A stretch of DNA of 64,000 nucleotides from Eledone cirrhosa (taxonomy: Eukaryota): assembly GCA_964016885.1 (NCBI GenBank), contig OZ024747.1, forward strand, positions 14,198,001 to 14,262,000, given 5' to 3'. The position numbers were made by a program, and so were the translations under genes. The notes under the pieces were generated by a model, which searched no databases, was not told where the DNA came from, and saw only the letters and a list, made by a program, of their open reading frames with translations. Below are positions 13,001 to 25,039 of the stretch, piece by piece (within the stretch, counting starts at the first letter, position 1; each line of letters starts with the position of its first letter).

Positions 13001-13495
13001 TGCTTAGTCTGTTTGTGATGATAATGTTTTTGAGAATTATGTTAGTCTTGTGTATTATCTTTTGGTTCTGTTTGGAGTTCTGGATCTTAGGGAGGGTGTC
13101 TCGTTCCCCCATGTCAGATTCTTTCATTTTCATCCATTCGATCATAATTTCATCCTTCAAGTTGGCAAGTTCATTCTCATTCATTTCTTTATCATTTACG
13201 ATCTCATTATTTTCATTTGGGGTTTCATCCTGAGCATGCACTCCCTCCACTTTTTCGCTCCTTTCTTTAATTTGTTCTGTTGCCAGTGATTCCGCCCCAA
13301 CTCTGGGATTCGAAGTGTTACAGTTTACCTCGTTTTCACTGACACATGCTTCATTTTCCCTTCGCTGACTTTGTGCTACTAGCTTGATCTGATCAATTTC
13401 TATATCAGTTAGTAACTTTTTTCTTACAATATTTCTTCGTATATTGGCTAGTTTGTTACTGTCAAATATTTCTTCGTATATTGGCTAGTTTGTTA
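10017..13495 (-). mobile_element. R4/Dong-clade RLE non-LTR retrotransposon, 5'-truncated, flanked by (TAA)n on both sides
   Basis: Long intact ORF and ~140-nt 3' UTR; TTA repeats at 10002-10017 and 13498-13556. Confidence 0.92.
10158..13484 (-). CDS. R4-clade reverse transcriptase + CCHC zinc knuckle + restriction-like endonuclease; frame stays open to 13484, true start missing
   Basis: 1030-aa ORF with [51 protein letters not shown]...HIISMC, RHD, RPDII...D...EKLSKY; 78 further stop-free codons upstream include the Myb-like NKLANIRRNIVRKKLLTDIEID. Confidence 0.93.
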   Translation of the reverse strand, partial: PIYEEIFDSNKLANIRRNIVRKKLLTDIEIDQIKLVAQSQRRENEACVSENEVNCNTSNPRVGAESLATEQIKERSEKVEGVHAQDETPNENNEIVNDKEMNENELANLKDEIMIEWMKMKESDMGERDTLPKIQNSKQNQKIIHKTNIILKNIIITNRLSITDLNHLYYASAKVTTHLCGVKMKKQRNSHKKSTWQDNINRQIKLLRSDIEILTNYKVGEHVKQTKLRKLKKKYSIRSTCDIDMLIETIKQKVSAKAARIRRFEKRSRFYKDNNMFKNNQRNFYRKIGKSTITAKSIPPKEEVQEFWEKIWAEEKVHNIHAPWIDRQMKETAHLEEQTWENITVEQLRLALRKTSKWKSPGKDKIQNFWINAFTESHELLAQLYNEIVKEPEKIPSWLVNGITFLLPKNDETNNPKNYRPITCLTTMYKILTSVLTEYTYDHLITNDLFPIEQKGCKRGSYGCKDQLLVNKMILEDCHNRHKNLSIAWIDYKKAFDSLPHSWIEKCLEIFKISPVIRRFLSFSMRTWRTTLLLNSETKSLEAGEVNINCGIFQGDSLSPLLFCIALIPLSKMLNETKHGYRVYDKTINHLFYMDDLKLFAKNDEQLQGLLSTVKQFSDDIKMEFGLDKCAKATFTRGKLLKSSDINLDRGNVIRELDQEQTYKYLGVCEGDGIKHSTMRERIRKECYRRVRAILRTELNARNRIDAINTLAIPVVTYSYNVINWSSTEIRRLDTKIRKFLTMHRMHHPKADIDRIYLPRKEGGRGLIQLDIALKTATIGLSTYLRESHDWMIKLVLKHESTKRSYSITKDAQRYSNGLQISEVPFTAEMENTEKAKQVKVTAKKELLQKLAKKWQEKPLYGKYPERANNPDVDKTLTHQWLASSGLKSETEGLIISAQDQCLPTKNYQANIIKNGCSPLCRVCKKQPETIDHIISMCSPIAPTEYLNRHDRAAQYIHWIMCKHFDLPHQKNWWEHQPPPILEKDHISILWNFSIQTDRKIDANRPDIILKDFQRRVCLLIDMSVPIDKNVSIKTFEKLSKYKDLEIEIGKMWKLRTKTIPVVVGALGMIPKGSNDYLSQIPGNPRIGEIQKIVLMGTAHILRKILSI

Positions 13496-13556
<61 letters not shown>

Positions 13557-13557
<1 letters not shown>

Positions 13558-13685
13558 TTAATTTTATTTTTTATTACATCCTCTGTTTTTTTTTACACGC
13601 AGAAATACCCATTTGTACCGTCCTGTATTGTCCTGTACTGTCCTTAATGTCTACTTTATGTAAACCCTTGTGGTTAATAAAGAAA

Positions 13686-13725
<40 letters not shown>

Positions 13726-13875
13726 CATTATTATTATTATTATTTTAATTTTATTTTTTATTACATCCTCTGTTTTTTTTTACACGCAGAAATACCCATT
13801 TGTACCGTCCTGTATTGTCCTGTACTGTCCTTAATGTCTACTTTATGTAAACCCTTGTGGTTAATAAAGAAAGCA
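13557..13875 (+). repeat. Two tandem copies of a ~130-bp LINE-3'-end-like stub ending AATAAAGAAA-(ATT)n
   Basis: Near-identical at 13557-13688 and 13744-13875; a third longer copy lies at ~41360-41596 and a partial one at 5020-5060. Confidence 0.75.
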
Positions 13876-14269
13876 TTATTATTATTATTATTATTATCAT
13901 TATTATTATTATCATTATTATTATCATTATTATTATTACTTTTTTCTTTTTGTTTTCAAGCTTGAAGCATTCATTTCTCCAATATTCCCTTGTTGTCGTT
14001 TCTCTGGCTACATCCATCCAGTTCCATCAAGCTCCACACTACACTAATTTCTCTCTTACAACCAACAAAAACCAGCCTTTAACCTAACCTCACCTTAATC
14101 TCATCTAACCCTCCCCTAAACTCTTCAAAAGCCAGCATACTTCAACTCTCATCAGCAAATTATGAGTTGACCTCTCTAAAGAGAGGGAGCTGCGCTATCG
14201 CCAATTATTGTCACTCTCGTTTTCTGGCTCCACATATCAAACTTCACTTTTTCTTCCACTCTCTCCCCC

Positions 14270-14324
14270 CATCACTATATTTCTCTCTCTCTCTTTCTCT
14301 CTTACTCTCTCTCTCTCTCCCTTA

Positions 14325-14361
<37 letters not shown>

Positions 14362-14403
14362 TCTCTCTCTCTCTCTGTTTGTCTGTCTCTCTGTCTGTCT
14401 GTA

Positions 14404-14437
<34 letters not shown>

Positions 14438-14481
14438 CCTTACTCTCTCTCTTTCTCTCTCTCTCGCTGTTTGTCTGTCTC

Positions 14482-14512
<31 letters not shown>

Positions 14513-14535
14513 CTCTCCCTTAGTCTCTCTCTGTT

Positions 14536-14567
<32 letters not shown>

Positions 14568-15078
14568 GCTCCCTTACTCTCTCTCTCTATGTCTCTCTCT
14601 TTCTCTTACTGTCTTACTGTCTTACTCTCGCTCTCTCTCTCCGCCTCTCTCTCCCATTTCCCCCTCTCTCTCACTCTGTGTATATTCCTTATTCTCTCTC
14701 ATTTCTCTATTTTACTATTTGTCTCTATTCTCTTTCCCAGTTTTCACCTCCCACTTCTTTTCACGAATAATTTCCTTCATCCTTTTCACCAGATCCTTCC
14801 AACGTCTTTCTTTCCGCAATCTTCGCATTCATTTCGCCTCTTATTCTTTCATTCTCTTATTCTCTTCTCCTTTGTCATTCCTTAACTTTTAACTATCCCC
14901 TTCTATCTCTCTCTCACTCTCCATACTCTCTCTCTTTCTCTCTCCGTCTCTCTCTTTCTCTCTCTCTCTCCTACTACTCTCAGTATTTCTCTGTATATTT
15001 GTGTACGTGCGTACATTTGTATGTACGTATGTATATGTGTATGTATGTATATACATATATATATATATATATGTATAA

Positions 15079-15116
<38 letters not shown>

Positions 15117-15181
15117 ACATCTACACACATACATATATATATATGTATGCATATGTATGCATATATGTATGCATATATGTA

Positions 15182-15251
<70 letters not shown>

Positions 15252-15265
15252 CACATATATATGTA

Positions 15266-15309
<44 letters not shown>

Positions 15310-15314
15310 ATATG

Positions 15315-15348
<34 letters not shown>

Positions 15349-15364
15349 AATAGATATATATATG

Positions 15365-15403
<39 letters not shown>

Positions 15404-15435
15404 GTATATACATATATACATATATATATATATAC

Positions 15436-15510
<75 letters not shown>
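14270..15510. repeat. (CT)n then (TA)n/(CA)n low-complexity tracts
   Basis: Directly visible. Confidence 0.95.
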
Positions 15511-15511
<1 letters not shown>

Positions 15512-15917
15512 CACAATACTACACTTTCACTCCCTCCCTCCCTCATTGTTGACAGAGAGTAGTTATTCCGTCAGTCAGTCAGCTGCGAGTTATCCTCTTT
15601 GTTATACCGGATTTACCTTCCATTTCCGCTAATCTTGGCCCATACACAGACATAGAACATATAACATATAACAACATATGCAAGGAGAAACTCTAAGGCT
15701 TATTAGCCAGCATCAATTGAGTATGGCGGCGGCAACAGAAAGTGCTCAATGAACGCGCCAATGCCCGTACGCATTTGTACACTTAGGGATATTTCGTGCC
15801 TCTTGTATTGCGATAATTAACATAGCAGACACATGTGCCGGAGTCAGTTCGAGGCCACCACCTGTGCTTCGTGAAACCGATAAACGTCCTTCATCTTAAA
15901 GGAGTGAAAGGTGAAGG

Positions 15918-16471
15918 AAAGAGAGAGAGAGAGGGAGGGCAGTGAGAGAAAGAGAGAGAAAGTGGGAGAGAGAGCGAGAGAGAGAGTGGGAGAGAGAGTG
16001 GGAGAGAGAAAGAGAGATAGAGAGAGGGGGAAGAGAGAGAGAGTGGAAGAGAGAGAGAGTGTGGGAGAGTGAGAGAGAGAGGGGAAGAGAGAGAGCGAGA
16101 GAGAGAGAGTGTGTGCGAGAGAGAGTGAGAGAGGGGAAGCGAGAGAGAGCCAGAGAGAGAGAGGGGAAGAGAGAGAGTGGGAGAGAGAGCGAGAGAGAGA
16201 GTGTGTGTGAGCGAGAGAGTGAGAGAGAGAGGGAGAGAGAGAGAGAGAGGAGAGAATCTGTACTCCAAGTATTACATTATGTATATATATAAACACACAT
16301 ATGCACTCACACACACACACACACACAAATATATATACACATACATACACATATACACACACACGAATACATGAATATATATATATATATATACAATATA
16401 TATACATAAATATATAAATGCATACATGCAAACAAATTACTATGTATAATTACACAGACAGACACACACGC

Positions 16472-16503
<32 letters not shown>

Positions 16504-16504
16504 C

Positions 16505-16539
<35 letters not shown>

Positions 16540-16540
16540 T

Positions 16541-16573
<33 letters not shown>

Positions 16574-16602
16574 CATATATACATATAAATATACATATAT
16601 AC

Positions 16603-16665
<63 letters not shown>

Positions 16666-16690
16666 TATACATATATATATATATACATAT

Positions 16691-16743
<53 letters not shown>

Positions 16744-16744
16744 C

Positions 16745-16782
<38 letters not shown>

Positions 16783-16786
16783 ATAC

Positions 16787-16821
<35 letters not shown>

Positions 16822-16959
16822 CATATATACATATATATATATACATATATACATATATATATACATATATACATATATATACATATATATATATATATAC
16901 ACACACACACATATATATATACATATATATATATATATAGTTAGGGAAGCAGGAAATTG

Positions 16960-17028
<69 letters not shown>
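15918..17028. repeat. (GA)n then (TA)n/(TG)n low-complexity tracts
   Basis: Directly visible. Confidence 0.95.
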
Positions 17029-17030
<2 letters not shown>

Positions 17031-17224
17031 CAACGAGTAGGACCCCGACGGCTGAGCTCAAACCGTTTCGACGTCTAATTCTGGACAGTCCGGAATTAGC
17101 CGTCGAAACGGCTTGAGCTCAGCCGTCGGGGTCCTACTCGTTCCTATTACCCACTCTACTACCCTAAGTATTGAGTACTTTGGTGCGTTATGGTCCACCT
17201 GGTTTCTTACCACATTTCCTTCGT
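17027..17224 (+). mobile_element. Palindromic (TA)n-embedded element, copy A (half-hammerhead family)
   Basis: ~60-bp arms about position 17087 plus a ~77-bp unpaired tail; GAAA-CGGCT-tgagctc-AGCCG-TC at 17105-17127. Confidence 0.85.
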
Positions 17225-17450
17225 TATATATATATATATATTTATCAATGCTTATGTATATACATATATATATGTATATACATAAGTACATATGTGTATA
17301 TATGTGTGGATGTGTTGACGTATTGTTGCGTCACTCCTATTGTCTATGTGTATATATCAATAACAATAACTAGGACATTCACCTCTAACCTATTTTCATG
17401 CACAAACACATTAAATATATTTTGAAACGACGCAATGTTTTGAAACGTGT

Positions 17451-18047
17451 TTTAATGCTAGTATAGTATACAAACAAAAAAACGAAAAATCAGTGATGAA
17501 TCTGGACTCAGTTTATTGCTTGTTACAATTGTTTCGCCGGTAGGTAGCTCGAGACATGATCATTGTATGGATCTGGTTGATTCTACGGCTGTAGGTTGCC
17601 TCGGACACAGGCAATTCGTTCGGAGCAGATTTTCTCACTGGAGTGTTATCGTAAAAAAACACCTTCAAAAAACCTCTTCCACTCTTGTCATGCCATTGGC
17701 TGTTGTTATTCCTCGTCATCATAAGTTCTGGTCACTATTTACTGCTACACGGGTCATCAGCCATTTTCCGTCCGACACACTTCAATGGAGCCATGCTGGG
17801 TTTGGTATCTCACACGTCTGTTCACACTTCAGAGTATGTACCCACATACACACACACACATATATACACACACACGCGCAGGAATTGCCTGTGTCCGAAG
17901 GAACCTGCAGCCGTAGAATCAGCCAGATCCATACAGTGATCATGTCTTGAGCTACCTGCCGGCGAAACATTTGTAACACGCAATAAACTGAGTCCAGATG
18001 CATCACTGATTTTTCGTTTTTTGTTTTTATACTATACTAGCATTAAA
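17451..18047. mobile_element. Fold-back element with ~165-bp inverted arms (17451-17617 / 17882-18047) carrying a hammerhead-like motif
   Basis: Arms are diverged reverse complements. Right arm: GTGT-CCGAAGG...GGC-GAAA-CATTTG-TA-ACAC (17891-17979); the left arm has palindromic stem III CAATTG. Confidence 0.7.
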
Positions 18048-18298
18048 GCCCGGCGTTGCTCGGGGTCAGTAAGTTACCAAAGTTAGGTTGCACCACCCAT
18101 TTTATGGCAGCATTTTTTTGTCTGCAAGGCACTGGGTGAATGAATTGCAGACCTGGACTGCCGAAGCAGGAGCTGCGCCAGCAGTGACAATTGTAGTTTC
18201 GCCTATGGATATTATCTCTAATTTTTGCCTCCCAGAAATATATATAATAAAATAAATATTGAAGTTATTAAGTTATATCTTTCGTTTATTATTATTAG
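18037..18298 (-). mobile_element. Probable non-autonomous Helitron
   Basis: Minus strand ends CCCGAGCAACGCCGGG (hairpin)-ctttaatg-CTAG|T; the other end begins CTAATAATAATAAACG. Confidence 0.55.
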
Positions 18299-18480
18299 GC
18301 GATGGATTGGCAGTATCGGTAGAGGGTCGGACGCCATGCTTTCCAGCATAGTTACGCCCCTTGGCGGTCTGAGTTCAAATCTCGCCGAGGTTAACTTTGC
18401 CTTTCATCCTTACGGGGTAGATAAAATAAAGTACCAGTAATGTACTGGGTAATTGATGGCCAAAAGTAGAAACAATTATT
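18298..18480 (+). mobile_element. SINE
   Basis: Consensus match. Confidence 0.9.
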
Positions 18481-18527
18481 ATTACCACGACGACGACGAC
18501 TACTACTACTACTACTATATATTTATA

Positions 18528-18764
18528 TATAGAAAGAGTCAGGACCTCGACGGCTGAGCTCCGGCCGTTTCGACAGGTAGATCCGAACTAATGGTCCACC
18601 TGGTATCTTACCACACCCTCTTTGTATATATATAGGAAAAGAATCAGGACACCGAGGTGAGCACCGGCCGTCGGGGTCCTGGCTCTTTTCCTATTACCGA
18701 CTCTAATACCCTAAATATTGAGTACTCTGGTGCGTTAGGTCCACCTGGTATCTTACCACCAGTT
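18528..18764. mobile_element. Two rearranged copies of a sister subfamily of the palindromic half-hammerhead element
   Basis: Shares GTCGGGGTCC...TTCCTATTACC...GAGTACT...GGTCCACCTGGT...CTTACCAC; local palindrome at 18632-18694. Confidence 0.7.
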
Positions 18765-19109
18765 ATATATATTTATACTGTATGTGTATTCTGCCGTCCC
18801 CTACTAGACCTAACATATCACCAAGTGCTTTATTCTATTGGTATCAGAGGTAACTTATTGGAGTGTGTATTGCACAATTCTAGTCGGTTAATACTTAATA
18901 CAAATTATATATATATAATATATATATAGACAGTCGATCGACTTTCGTCGAATCGGACCGAGGAAACAATGTTTCCATTGGTGTTTCCAATTGCTAAATA
19001 TATATATATATATATTTGGAGGAACGATCGACTTTCGTCAAATCGGACCGAGGGAACAATGTTTCCGTTGGTCTTTCCAATTGCTAATACTATCTATCGG
19101 TCGCAACTC

Positions 19110-19237
19110 CAGGTAGAAGGAGCAACGTGAAATAAAGTGTCTTGCTCAAGGACATAACGCATCAACTGGTCCAGGAATCGAACTCACAATCTTACGATTG
19201 CGAATCCAATTCTCTAACCACTCAGCCACACGCCTTC
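19110..19237 (-). mobile_element. Second tRNA-derived SINE family (CORE-like)
   Basis: Minus strand GGCGTGTGGCTGAGTGGTTAGAG...GAGTTCGATTCC...GTCCTTGAGCAAGACACTTTATTTCAC. Confidence 0.7.
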
Positions 19238-19270
19238 ACTATATATATATATGTGTGTGTGTGCGTGCGT

Positions 19271-19314
<44 letters not shown>

Positions 19315-20019
19315 TTATACATATGAAAAAAACAACGTTATCTCTGATCGAGACGAAGTGTGAGAGTACTTGAATATATACAAAAATGAGAAAGGCCAGC
19401 GCTAGAACTCGGTTAAAGTAGCTGAATGCTGTCAAAGACGGTGATGGGCAATAATGCCTCTAAGGACAGAGTCCAGCGGCCAGTGGTCAACAGAGAGACA
19501 ATCACCAACGTGGATGAGAGGCAGATGAAATATAGAAAATATTGAAAGAGAAGGAGGACAGTCCAACAGGGTGAAATAAGACGAAGAAAAGGAAAGAAAA
19601 ACAACAGGTTGCGGTAAACATCAGAGAGAGAGCAATTAGAGGGAGAAAGGGAGGGCAAGAGAGGGAGAGAGAGAGAGGGAGGGAGCTAAAGAGAGAGAGA
19701 GAGGAGAAATAGAGAGCGGAAGAGAGACATAGAGAGAGAGAGAGAGGGTGAGAGAGAGAGGGAGAAAGAGGAAGAGAGAAAGAGAAAGAGAAAGAGAAAG
19801 AGAAAGGGTGAATGACGACAAAAAAAAGAATATAGTGGGATAGTACATCTCAGCAAGTAGGAGAAAGAGAGAGGAGGAGAAAGAGGGTGGAAGAAGACCA
19901 AGGAAAACAACCCACGAGGAAGGCGATAGACAGAAGAAACAGGAAAGAACAAAAGAGGAGCTGGGCTTGGAATTTGGCTGTTTTAACGGCTGTTGTAGCG
20001 TTGACCTTTCACACACCCA

Positions 20020-20079
20020 CACACACACAAACACATATATATATCATATATATATATATACACACATATATATATATAT

Positions 20080-20124
<45 letters not shown>

Positions 20125-20287
20125 GACACACATACATACACACACATACACACACAAACTCATATATATATCATATATATATATACACACATATATATAT
20201 ATACACACACACACATATATATATATATATACACACACAGACACACATACATACACACACACAAACACATATATATATATCATATAT

Positions 20288-20330
<43 letters not shown>

Positions 20331-20786
20331 GGCACACATACATACACAAACACAAATATATATCATATATATATACACATATATATATATATATATATAC
20401 ACATATATATATATATATACACACACAGACACACATACATACACACACACACATATATATATACACGCACATATATATATATATATACACATACAGACAG
20501 ACACACATATACACACACACACATATATATATATATCATATATATATACACGCACATATATATATACACACACACACACAGACACACATACATACACACA
20601 CACACACACACACATATATATCATATATATATACACACACATATATACATATACACACACACAGACACACACACACACACACATATATATCATATATATA
20701 TACACACACATATATATATACACACACACAGACACACATACATACACACACACACACACATATATATATATGTATATACACACACA
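20020..20786. repeat. (CA)/(TA) compound microsatellite with higher-order reiteration
   Basis: Directly visible. Confidence 0.95.
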
Positions 20787-21011
20787 TTTTTCCAAGAGAC
20801 GCCAACATGAATTAACCTGTTATTTTTATCTAAAGACATTTTTCAATTTCACCCCGCCCGTCCCTTTAATCTATCTCATTTCTCATTCTTTCTTCTGATG
20901 AAGGACTAGCGTCTGAAACGTTAAGACCCTCTTCCTGCTATTTCAAGCGTTAACCTTATATATTCCTTCCATATACTGTACCGATTGTGTAGTTATTTCT
21001 GTTTATCTTTT
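20787..21011 (+). mobile_element. Penelope-like 3' end/pLTR with hammerhead at 20891-20926, ending in (CA)n
   Basis: TCTT-CTGATGA-a-GGAC tagc GTCT-GAAA-CG-TT-AAGA; homologous copy at ~51860-52042. Confidence 0.75.
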
Positions 21012-21053
21012 ACACACACACACACACACACACATTTATATATATATATATAT

Positions 21054-21290
21054 AACGAAGGAAATGTGGTAAGGAACCAGGTGGACCATAACGCACCAAA
21101 GTACTCAATACTTAGGGTAGTAGAGTGGGTAATAGGAACAAGTAGGATCCCGACGGCTGAGCTCAAGCCGTTTCGACGGCTAATTCTGGACTAAATGAAC
21201 ATTTTTATCCAGGATAAAAATTTTCATTTAGTCCAGAATTAGCTTTCGAAACGGTTTGAGCTCAGCCGTCGGGGTCCTATTCGTTCCTAT
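21054..21290 (-). mobile_element. Palindromic (TA)n-embedded element, copy B
   Basis: ~78-bp arms about position 21211; same family as 17027-17224. Confidence 0.85.
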
Positions 21291-21713
21291 ATATATATAT
21301 ATATATATATATATCGCACTTCCACTCACTCACTCTCTGTTTCTCCCCTTATCACTTCCTCCCGTTCGCTACTAGTGGGATTCCTTCTTTCTCACACCGC
21401 ACTCACGGCGTACGGTCTGCTTCTCTGACCGCTCATGATATTCACCCAGCTTAAGCTGATCGGATAACTATCATGTGGCTTGCTGTTTTCCCAACCTTCG
21501 GTTTGCTTCTCCTTCTGTTGTTTACTTGTCTCACTCGCTTTACGCGTTTCACTTGTCCCAATAGCTTATTTTAGTTATTGCTCGCACCAACCTGAGGTAT
21601 CTGATTTTTAATGCGATGAAATACCAATGATGGTTGGCAAAATCACTGATGAGGGACTAATTTTATAATATGTAATCCATGTGCAACCATGCAGTATTCT
21701 TCTTCCCCTTGTT

Positions 21714-21790
<77 letters not shown>

Positions 21791-24052
21791 CTTTGGTACG
21801 TTAAACCTGGTGGGACCCATCTCTTGTTTAGGTATGAATGTAGCCAATGTCTTCCGGAGAATGAGAGAGAGAATGAAGGAAAGAAGGAAAGTGAAAAGAG
21901 AGATCGAGGTAGAGTTGAACCAAGTAGTCGACTAATGCATTTTTCTTTATTCATCTTGAAATGATGAAAGTCAAAATTAACTTCGGTGGGATTTGAACTA
22001 AGAATGCCCCGAAGACCGGAACGAATACAGCAAAGCCTTCTATCCAATGTTATAACGACTGAAAACATATTTGAATTTAGTTGAAAGTAGTATTTGAAAG
22101 GATTAAAAAGTATTCAGTTAAATGTACCTGCACTGATTAACATGTTTATATCCCATAACAGCACCCAACAAAAGGTAATAAGAATAAATAAAGGATGATT
22201 CAAAAGGAAAGATTAGTGAATAATAAATATAAAAAAATCCTACACTGAAACTAAAAAGTACAGAAACGTTGAATAAGAAAAACTTGATATACAGGAAAAG
22301 AGTGTAAATAAAGCAGATAAGCTGAAAACATAAATCAATTAATATCAATATAAAATACAAAGGTCAATGGTAGATAAAACAAGTAAGTGTTTAAACATTT
22401 GGGTATTGAAAGGCTATAGTGATGCAGAATAGGAGAATTTATTGCAAATGAAGGAAAAATTCGCTTTATACAATACACAGTCAATTTGAAATTAATGTTC
22501 CATATAAATATTCAAAGTTTATGGTTAAGCAGGTTTTTTTTTTAATCTGACTGATAAAATGACAAGTCAGTCAATCATATTGGTGGCCTCCCCACAGCCC
22601 CGGCGGACAGAATAGAGAAGGCGTTTCCCCGGAGGACGGCAAGGGAGACGCGCTGGAAAAAACTGAATCTGTGAAGGTTTGAAGTAAACAGGATAACTAT
22701 GGACTACAATCATAGTAGAAAAGAAAGCATAGATCTATTTCTAAAAGAAAGCATAGATCTATCTCTAAGCTTGAAGGAAGCAGGTTATCGACCAGGACAG
22801 TTAACTGGCTAGCAGTGGAAGACATTTTAAGAATTTGGTGATTGTATAAAGTGTTTCTTTTAGACGCTTTATTTAGTAAATGGAACTAAGTGAAAAGAAT
22901 TTCGCGTGCTTTAGCGGTACACAAATGGCATGATTTGCTATTTCCAGCATATGTGAAAGCTATTTTAGATTGTTCCAACTTTAAGTTGAAGCAGTGCACT
23001 ATTTTCTTTTATTCTCCAAATAAAACCAGACAAAGATGTATTATTTCTTCTAGGTTGTCGAAAAAATTTAGGTATGAACCTAATACACAAACTCATCGTT
23101 GATCTTCGCATAAATAATATCTCTTATGGAGTGGCCAAATCGCCGGACAAATGCTTAGCAGTTTTTGTTCTGGCAGTTAATGATCTGAGTTCAAATCCCG
23201 CCAAGGTTATCTTTGCCTATCATCCTTCTAAATCGATAAAATAATGTACAGTTAAGTACTGGGGTTGATATAAACAATTTTGCCCTTCTCCCCAAATCGC
23301 TGGTCTTGTGACAAAATTAGAAAGTATTAATAAAGTCCCTCAATAAAAATCATCATGTTAACAAAGATTCATCAAATAAATTAGAAACATTAATAGCTAT
23401 TAGTTTTAGCACCCCTTACATCTCTCAATAAAATTTCCTCGGACAATGTTATCTTGTACTGATTTTAGCACTTAAAAACATTTTGGCAGCCTAAAACTAC
23501 CATTCACCTAAACTTGTCAAGAATCAATAGAGCATCGGAGAGATTTCTTTACAGTATTTGTTCAGTCTCTCCGCGTTCTGAATTCAAATCTCCCGTGGTC
23601 AACATTACCTTTTCTCCTTTCAAGGCCGATAAAAAAGAACCAGCCCAGCACTGGGTTCTATTTCTCCTCTATATCTCTTTGTCACCCCGCTCTATTACTC
23701 GCCCTTCTCTCTCTCACTCTGTGTCAAAAAAAAAAAAAAAAAATTAGATTGTGTTCAGGCCAGCAGTAGGGATGGGCTCCACCATGTTGTAAATGCTCAA
23801 GAAACACCGTATGTCTATACGGTAGACTTATGATTCCACCAGAATTTACGCGTAAAAGAGAAAAAGGAAATTTTCTCAATAGAATTTAGATCAGTGTAAT
23901 TTTAAAATAAAAATTTGGGCCTCTATTTGTCTATAGACACTCCAAATCCGCACTACAGGTCCGCACTACAAATCCGCGAGGCCTGTGCCAGGTTTTGTGG
24001 AGGAAAACTACCAGCTTCTCATTCAACAAAATTTCTTATCAGCTCAACACTG

Positions 24053-24101
<49 letters not shown>

Positions 24102-24172
24102 CACACACATGAACCTAATAACAACACTGTTCGTAACTGCACTCCTTGTTATTGTTTTTGTTTTTTACTTTG

Positions 24173-24353
<181 letters not shown>

Positions 24354-25039
24354 GAAACTCTAATGATATCCAGAAGACAGCCGAAGAACGGGAACTGTCC
24401 ATCTGCTTGCCTTTTCCGAGTTTTTTGTTTCCTTTATATGTCCCACGTGTTTTATAATGATATATATATATATATATAGATAGATATATAGATAGATAGA
24501 TATGTATGTGGGAGGGGGGGTTATGTATGTATATATTATACACACATACACACACATTTATCGAGGTATCTATCTATACATTTGCATGTTATATTTCTAA
24601 ACGTATGCGTAATACATTTTCTCCTCCAATAATGTTTGAAGCATCTCTTTCTATTCCCTCATCTCTCTTTTCCCCTTCCTTTATATATATCTGACGCCTG
24701 CTTCCCTCCTTCAATTACACTGCTGAATCACCTCTCTCTCTACTGCTTCTCTCCCTCTCTCTCTACCTCCCTCTATCGCTTTCTCCCCCTTCCCCTCTCT
24801 CTCTCTCGCACCATTACTCATACGTTAAGAAATCGTCTGCTAAATAAAGATTTTCTCGCAACGTCTATGAATTTCAATTAACAATATTTAAAGCAAGCTG
24901 TGTAATTCCTGATCAGGAACACCATCGTATACATAAAAGTATTATAGAATGTTTGAGTCATTAGTCAAATGATTGTATCAATGTATTCTCATTGTAATAT
25001 TCCTTTTGAATATGGATTAACGCTTGCCATGCAAAGAAG

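Noticed and set aside
14889-17061. Long YI/HT/CV-repeat ORFs here and throughout the window
   Set aside because: They are translations of dinucleotide microsatellites.
21590-21700. CTGAGG and CTGATGA hammerhead-like starts
   Set aside because: No complete GAAA/stem III/UH arrangement; at most decayed fragments.
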